The position numbers were made by a program, and so were the translations under genes. Below are positions 36,901 through 39,169 of a stretch of DNA of 39,169 nt, piece after piece. Source of the stretch: a virus (Duplodnaviria > Caudoviricetes). Location: positions 1 to 39,169 of the IMG/VR virus record IMGVR_UViG_3300012953_000076. One strand, given 5' to 3'. The notes beneath the pieces were generated by a model. That model was given only the letters and a program-made list of their open reading frames with translations, had not been told where the DNA came from and did no database searches. Numbering within the stretch: position 1 is the stretch's first letter; every line of letters begins with the position of its first letter.

Positions 36901-39169
36901 TATAACAAATGATAATTTAAACCATGCAGTCAAGACATATTCTATAGGTTCTGTTCAATATTCTGATCTTGATATTCAATCTGCTTTCCATGATGGGCAT
37001 AGGTTCTGGTTAGCAGGTAGTGATTCAACTAATAAGAGTATGGTTATATCCTCTGAAGATAGAGGTAGAACTTGGCATGTTCGGAGTCAAAGAACTGCTG
37101 CACAGAATGCAGATTTTAGAACATTAGCATTTAGTGATACTACTGGTTTAGTATTAGGTGGTTCTAATGATATTAGATATACAGTTCAAGGTAGTGAATT
37201 TACAGATCCTGATGGGTTAGCAGCATTTAATACATCAATAGATATATTCTCAGATAATACAATTTCAAATACCTATGATGCAAATAGACATAGGGCTTGT
37301 GATGACGTAAGTAATGCAATCTATACTTTATGGAATATTGTTCTTGATAGAATTAATGGAAGAACTCCTCCTGCAACAACTTATGCATCATCATATTTCC
37401 TTGATAGTAATAATAAATTCTTCACTGTAGGTCATGCATTTGATGATCTACCTATTATTGAAGTATCACCTTATATCTTTAACTCTTCTGTAATCTCATT
37501 CCTTGGAGGTTCTGGTTGTGAAATTGATGGTAGTAAGTGTGCTACTCCTAACGTAAAACGTCCTAATTTACCTCCTCAGGGTAAGTCGATGGTTGCTGCT
37601 GCATTCACGATTATCTCATTCGGTGGTACTGGATATAATGTAACCAATGATGGTTATACTCAGCTGGTGTCTGTGTTCTGTATCTTTACACAAGACGGTG
37701 CTGTTGTTGAAACTGGTGGTTATGCATCACTAACCAACTCTGCATCTAACTTTGGTACTTTCGCATTAAGAGCAAATGGTGTAAGAGGAGAGGCATATAG
37801 TTTTGATAAGGGTGTTATTGATAACGTAACATTTACTGATATTGGTGTACCTAAGTTTACTATTACAGGTCTTGGAGCACCACCACTTGAGCACTATATT
37901 ATCAGTCCTGGTGGATTTGAAGTTGCTGTACAATCTGGTCAGAACCCATTGTATTTCATAGAAAATACAATTTCTGCAACTCCAACTAAACCTATTACTG
38001 CTGAAATACAAGCAAACCTTGCAATGTCTGTTAGGGGTAACTTTAACCGATATACAGATTCATATGATCTGATTTATAATAATGCTAGGTATATTGCAGA
38101 AGAGGCATACTTTAAGACACTTCAAACTACATCCAATCCTTTAGATCAAGATAGAGTTAAGTGTATTCGTGACACAGAAGAAATAGTTAAAGCATGGGCA
38201 ACAGACCTTAAATTTGATGCTAATGATGCTACATGGGATGCTGCTAAGTTATATGTAAATGCAAACTCTATTCAGCATATTGCTGGATATGTTGCAGCAA
38301 CCAAAGAAGTTCTTGATGAAGCAAGAGATTTATGTAATAAAGCGTTAAATAACCAACTCAAAGTAAAAGGAACTACTTTAACTGCTGCTGAAACTACTGC
38401 ACTCTATTATGTTGCTACTTGGACTGATGAAGTTCCATATGTAGATACTACTATTACACATGATGTAAGTACTGGTAATGAGTATACTAATACTGATTGT
38501 GCTAATGTTCAAACTGCTTTGAACACATTAAATACTCTATTTGATGAGATAATTGACAATCCATCTGTTACAACTCCTATGCCTTCAACAGCAGTTAGGG
38601 ATGATGGATTCTTTACAATTAGTGCAAGTAATAAAAACAAACTACAGAGTCATAGAATTGATATAAGAAGACCATCCATATGTAACTCCTCATCACATAC
38701 TTGGGAATTTGCTGGATCTGGTAATAACTATAATGCACTACCTCAAAACGGTGGTACTAGAGGTTCAGATGACACTGGAGATTATGAACAGGTATCTCAG
38801 AATAATGGACGTGTTTACGCTTCAGGTACTGACGAACTTGGTGACTTTAAGATTGGATACTTTGCTAAGGTAGAAAACAGAACTGGTAACATCACATTCG
38901 GTGGTACTGTTACTATCTCTGAAGTTGAATTCTTGAAGATTAAGGGTAACAATGTTGTTATCACAGGATTTGATCCAAGTAATACTTTAAATGCTATAGA
39001 ACTAGGTGGTGCTGGTGCTAGTGATTCACTACTACCAACTCAGAAGGCAGTTAAGGATTATATTTCTAACCAGTTAGGTCAATACTTAGGACGTACATAT
39101 TCTACTGTTCCAACACCTAATGCTCTTGTTCAGTTAGATTCATCTGGTCGTATTAATATTGACCAACTA
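30956..39169 (+). CDS. Giant multidomain tail-fibre/virion protein, at least 2738 aa, 3' end outside the window (missing from the supplied ORF track)
   Basis: I translated the frame by hand from ATG 30956 (MALELNADKQIIQSESLKIKND...) to the edge (...ALVQLDSSGRINIDQL) and found no stop. It has a late promoter and an SD, shares a beta-helix-like scaffold with the 2540-aa protein, and carries an SDSLLPTQKAVKDYI fibre motif. Confidence 0.92.
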   Translation, partial: MALELNADKQIIQSESLKIKNDTSVRIDLGGGADEKTAIFGNLTADADKLVRIGINTLNPQYELDVEGQIRTTTSIISDTARIANLDIDTIVNPSLALRAPVLNTFTDPNTNELLYPRSTTPPYSDDSSKIATTNFVYNIATNDVGGRIYVSAQIGSDTFDGRSATKPVRTIKRATQLAATTVDKETIIVAGGEYLEDNPISLPDLCSVVGDNIRLTICRPANPGKHMFKASDENYVTGITFRDQVDGNNIPIKTWKYAYVFDDKQRFYYPKSLGGQYGRTFNLGHKISAAQEWKLNFNSNGGGVLLVPGITVTSVTGGTGLITEVVFDTATDQSGYVVINSITGLIESTGSVYTYDANDPVVSYNLSVANAEQLTPDGQVVKHQTTHASYSVAKVKYDPLLYKNGLIVTISGDNTYHDYEVGQYVRFVNFPDAGTYGDLDRFNGRQYVSHRIETTDGFSTQFVVYKDNPTDLGSLGAPSGELGVTNFAVTVTSDDHYVSFSLDNSPRKFVTSTKNGNRYLDATDLIDRNKAGIADQALKRAKKEYPALMCADEAKCINDIGYVVDAINYDLTWGGNAATKEAAEYYYTGGVLNHLVGSLQESEYTFAQARDLSIQAMRNQLAYVDSSTEAAITRVGSHTNTYKSVIWDNEKFIAVGAGGMIHTSADGSTWTAQTSGTANTLNDVLFNKWAVGERGVPEYITVGDAGTILTSNDPTGTWYSKTSGVSDTLLSIAYDGTTYVAVGDNGVIRTSQNGNTWVAGNSGISTQLNDVIYNDDYDTFYAVGTAGVIRKSTDSGATWSALESGTTSKILWAITWSEGRMIVSGQDGYVIISDDGGVTWETNTLTNEVTSDRNQDAADLLLGNKKLLGAQGLYNYLQGDGSGHTVPTGNMACVDDIVDIVEAIAYNLRHGGNDRVWEAANYFVGTVHLDGEESEAIGAINAAIVLAKTVIRNQSITVNYVNDATYVASLEEPYKALTQFTKPDITLDYSEGTRHSATNATYDPDTGVVQLTIASHGFENGEYIKIDTDALKFTCNMDGNFSTHSYPRAEDPANDAWLQIFGKTTDTIDVFVGRAFNTSFEPTDGSYDPETGLMTLTVGENRFKAPSEHTVTDAAYNPSTGILTLTVPHHGFYENDHILIEDGSIKLSCNFGGASGAAAEKDYPRATDPVSGRWLNIWNITRDTFDVQVLDTVPSTNTDPHSFVSAVANGLKHSSENVKLNTGGVSFSCNPGGGVQTVAYPRNTVDSLNTPTGATYDPATGVFQTTINSHGLKNGDWVKFATGTFRFQCTMDGGSSPKDYPRASDPVNDKWLKVTNVTANTFEVNVGKSPIVGFDASSGSYDAATGILELNIGAHTLAQGTSVKIPKESLQFKCGMDNNTATKVYPRTTDPAYDTALEITEATANTIKLNVGQSPLVNHDITNATYDAATGLVVMTLVGAHGLTQDESIRIGDNKLTFTCTMDGNATNHTYPREGDPAYQTALPITNVSGQDITVNVGTSPIVNKTVTAAIYNPNSGDLVLTIGNHTLRQGTNIKLATESLIFTCTLDADDSNPNGVSQKSYPRASGANTSNGADYAYDTPIPITAVTSDTITINVNGGQGAISDLSTHTFVSGTNAVVTGGNYTHTWAGGTSTAAVISGGDYPHTFQTVAGLTPNDASYNFTTGKLSLTFASAHGLTTDDYVKLDENAISFTCAMDGNTATKQYPRTSDPTFGQFVQLENVTTLGFDLDVGASPLVSYNVSNAEYTPTSGLLKLTLSKAGTEKHDLKVGTNIKLDTDSISFKCGLDNFNSTKTYPRANGTGGATADDPGYDTPLTIIDADDSSITINVGTSSDTSEHQFVTASAGAVKSGGGYAHVFAGAANNSVKRAQVLSGGNYAHTFVSSPGGGVSKKRDRAFDTNIPVVSKTNDSVTLFVGISTSVYAHTFVSAAPAALIAGGNYVHTFLSADVNSIIKNGAESPTTSCTDVINSIVTLNTIVTSAITNDNLNHAVKTYSIGSVQYSDLDIQSAFHDGHRFWLAGSDSTNKSMVISSEDRGRTWHVRSQRTAAQNADFRTLAFSDTTGLVLGGSNDIRYTVQGSEFTDPDGLAAFNTSIDIFSDNTISNTYDANRHRACDDVSNAIYTLWNIVLDRINGRTPPATTYASSYFLDSNNKFFTVGHAFDDLPIIEVSPYIFNSSVISFLGGSGCEIDGSKCATPNVKRPNLPPQGKSMVAAAFTIISFGGTGYNVTNDGYTQLVSVFCIFTQDGAVVETGGYASLTNSASNFGTFALRANGVRGEAYSFDKGVIDNVTFTDIGVPKFTITGLGAPPLEHYIISPGGFEVAVQSGQNPLYFIENTISATPTKPITAEIQANLAMSVRGNFNRYTDSYDLIYNNARYIAEEAYFKTLQTTSNPLDQDRVKCIRDTEEIVKAWATDLKFDANDATWDAAKLYVNANSIQHIAGYVAATKEVLDEARDLCNKALNNQLKVKGTTLTAAETTALYYVATWTDEVPYVDTTITHDVSTGNEYTNTDCANVQTALNTLNTLFDEIIDNPSVTTPMPSTAVRDDGFFTISASNKNKLQSHRIDIRRPSICNSSSHTWEFAGSGNNYNALPQNGGTRGSDDTGDYEQVSQNNGRVYASGTDELGDFKIGYFAKVENRTGNITFGGTVTISEVEFLKIKGNNVVITGFDPSNTLNAIELGGAGASDSLLPTQKAVKDYISNQLGQYLGRTYSTVPTPNALVQLDSSGRINIDQL
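32860..37200 (+). repeat. Asp-box/BNR repeats (split beta-propeller)
   Basis: TSADGSTW (32945), TSNDPTGTW (~33086), TSQNGNTW (~33206), KSTDSGATW (~33329), ISDDGGVTW (~33452), then SSEDRGRTW (37049) after a ~3.5-kb in-frame interruption. Confidence 0.8.
33941..36825 (+). repeat. Nine ~85-100 aa protein modules (consensus YDPxTG...H...FxCxMD...YPR.xDP...V.VG...HxF)
   Basis: Opening Tyr codons at 33962, 34217, 34304, 34724, 34979, 35234, 35492, 35936 and 36194. Nucleotide sequences are diverged while the protein motif is conserved. Confidence 0.85.

Noticed and set aside
30917-39169. Apparent 8-kb non-coding or small-ORF region in the ORF track (including 36411-36626 + and several minus ORFs)
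   Set aside because: Artefact of requiring a stop codon; a single + strand frame covers 30956 to the end.

Overview
AT-rich, fully coding, + strand window from the virion (baseplate/tail) module of a T4-like marine myovirus, most likely a cyanophage. Gene order: gp6 (5'-truncated), giant gp7 (3246 aa), gp8, a DUF4815/VrlC-like structural protein (2141 aa), three small ORFs, a 738-aa fibre, a small coiled-coil ORF, a 2540-aa fibre-like protein and a 257-aa protein. It ends with a gene absent from the supplied ORF track: an ORF starting at 30956 that stays open for 2738 codons to the window edge. T4-type late promoters (TATAAATA/NATAAATA) precede three genes. I saw no tRNA, CRISPR array, intron or mobile element. 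The most striking signal is in the giant fibre proteins, which appear built by recursive domain-inside-domain insertion with balanced opening and closing motifs. Their inserts include three helical domains with a phycobiliprotein-like Cys motif, a split Asp-box beta-propeller, nine Cys/His modules, a LamG lectin and a cupredoxin-like domain with an intact His..Cys-x2-His-x2-Met set. All domain calls are by-eye motif recognition; no database search was run.
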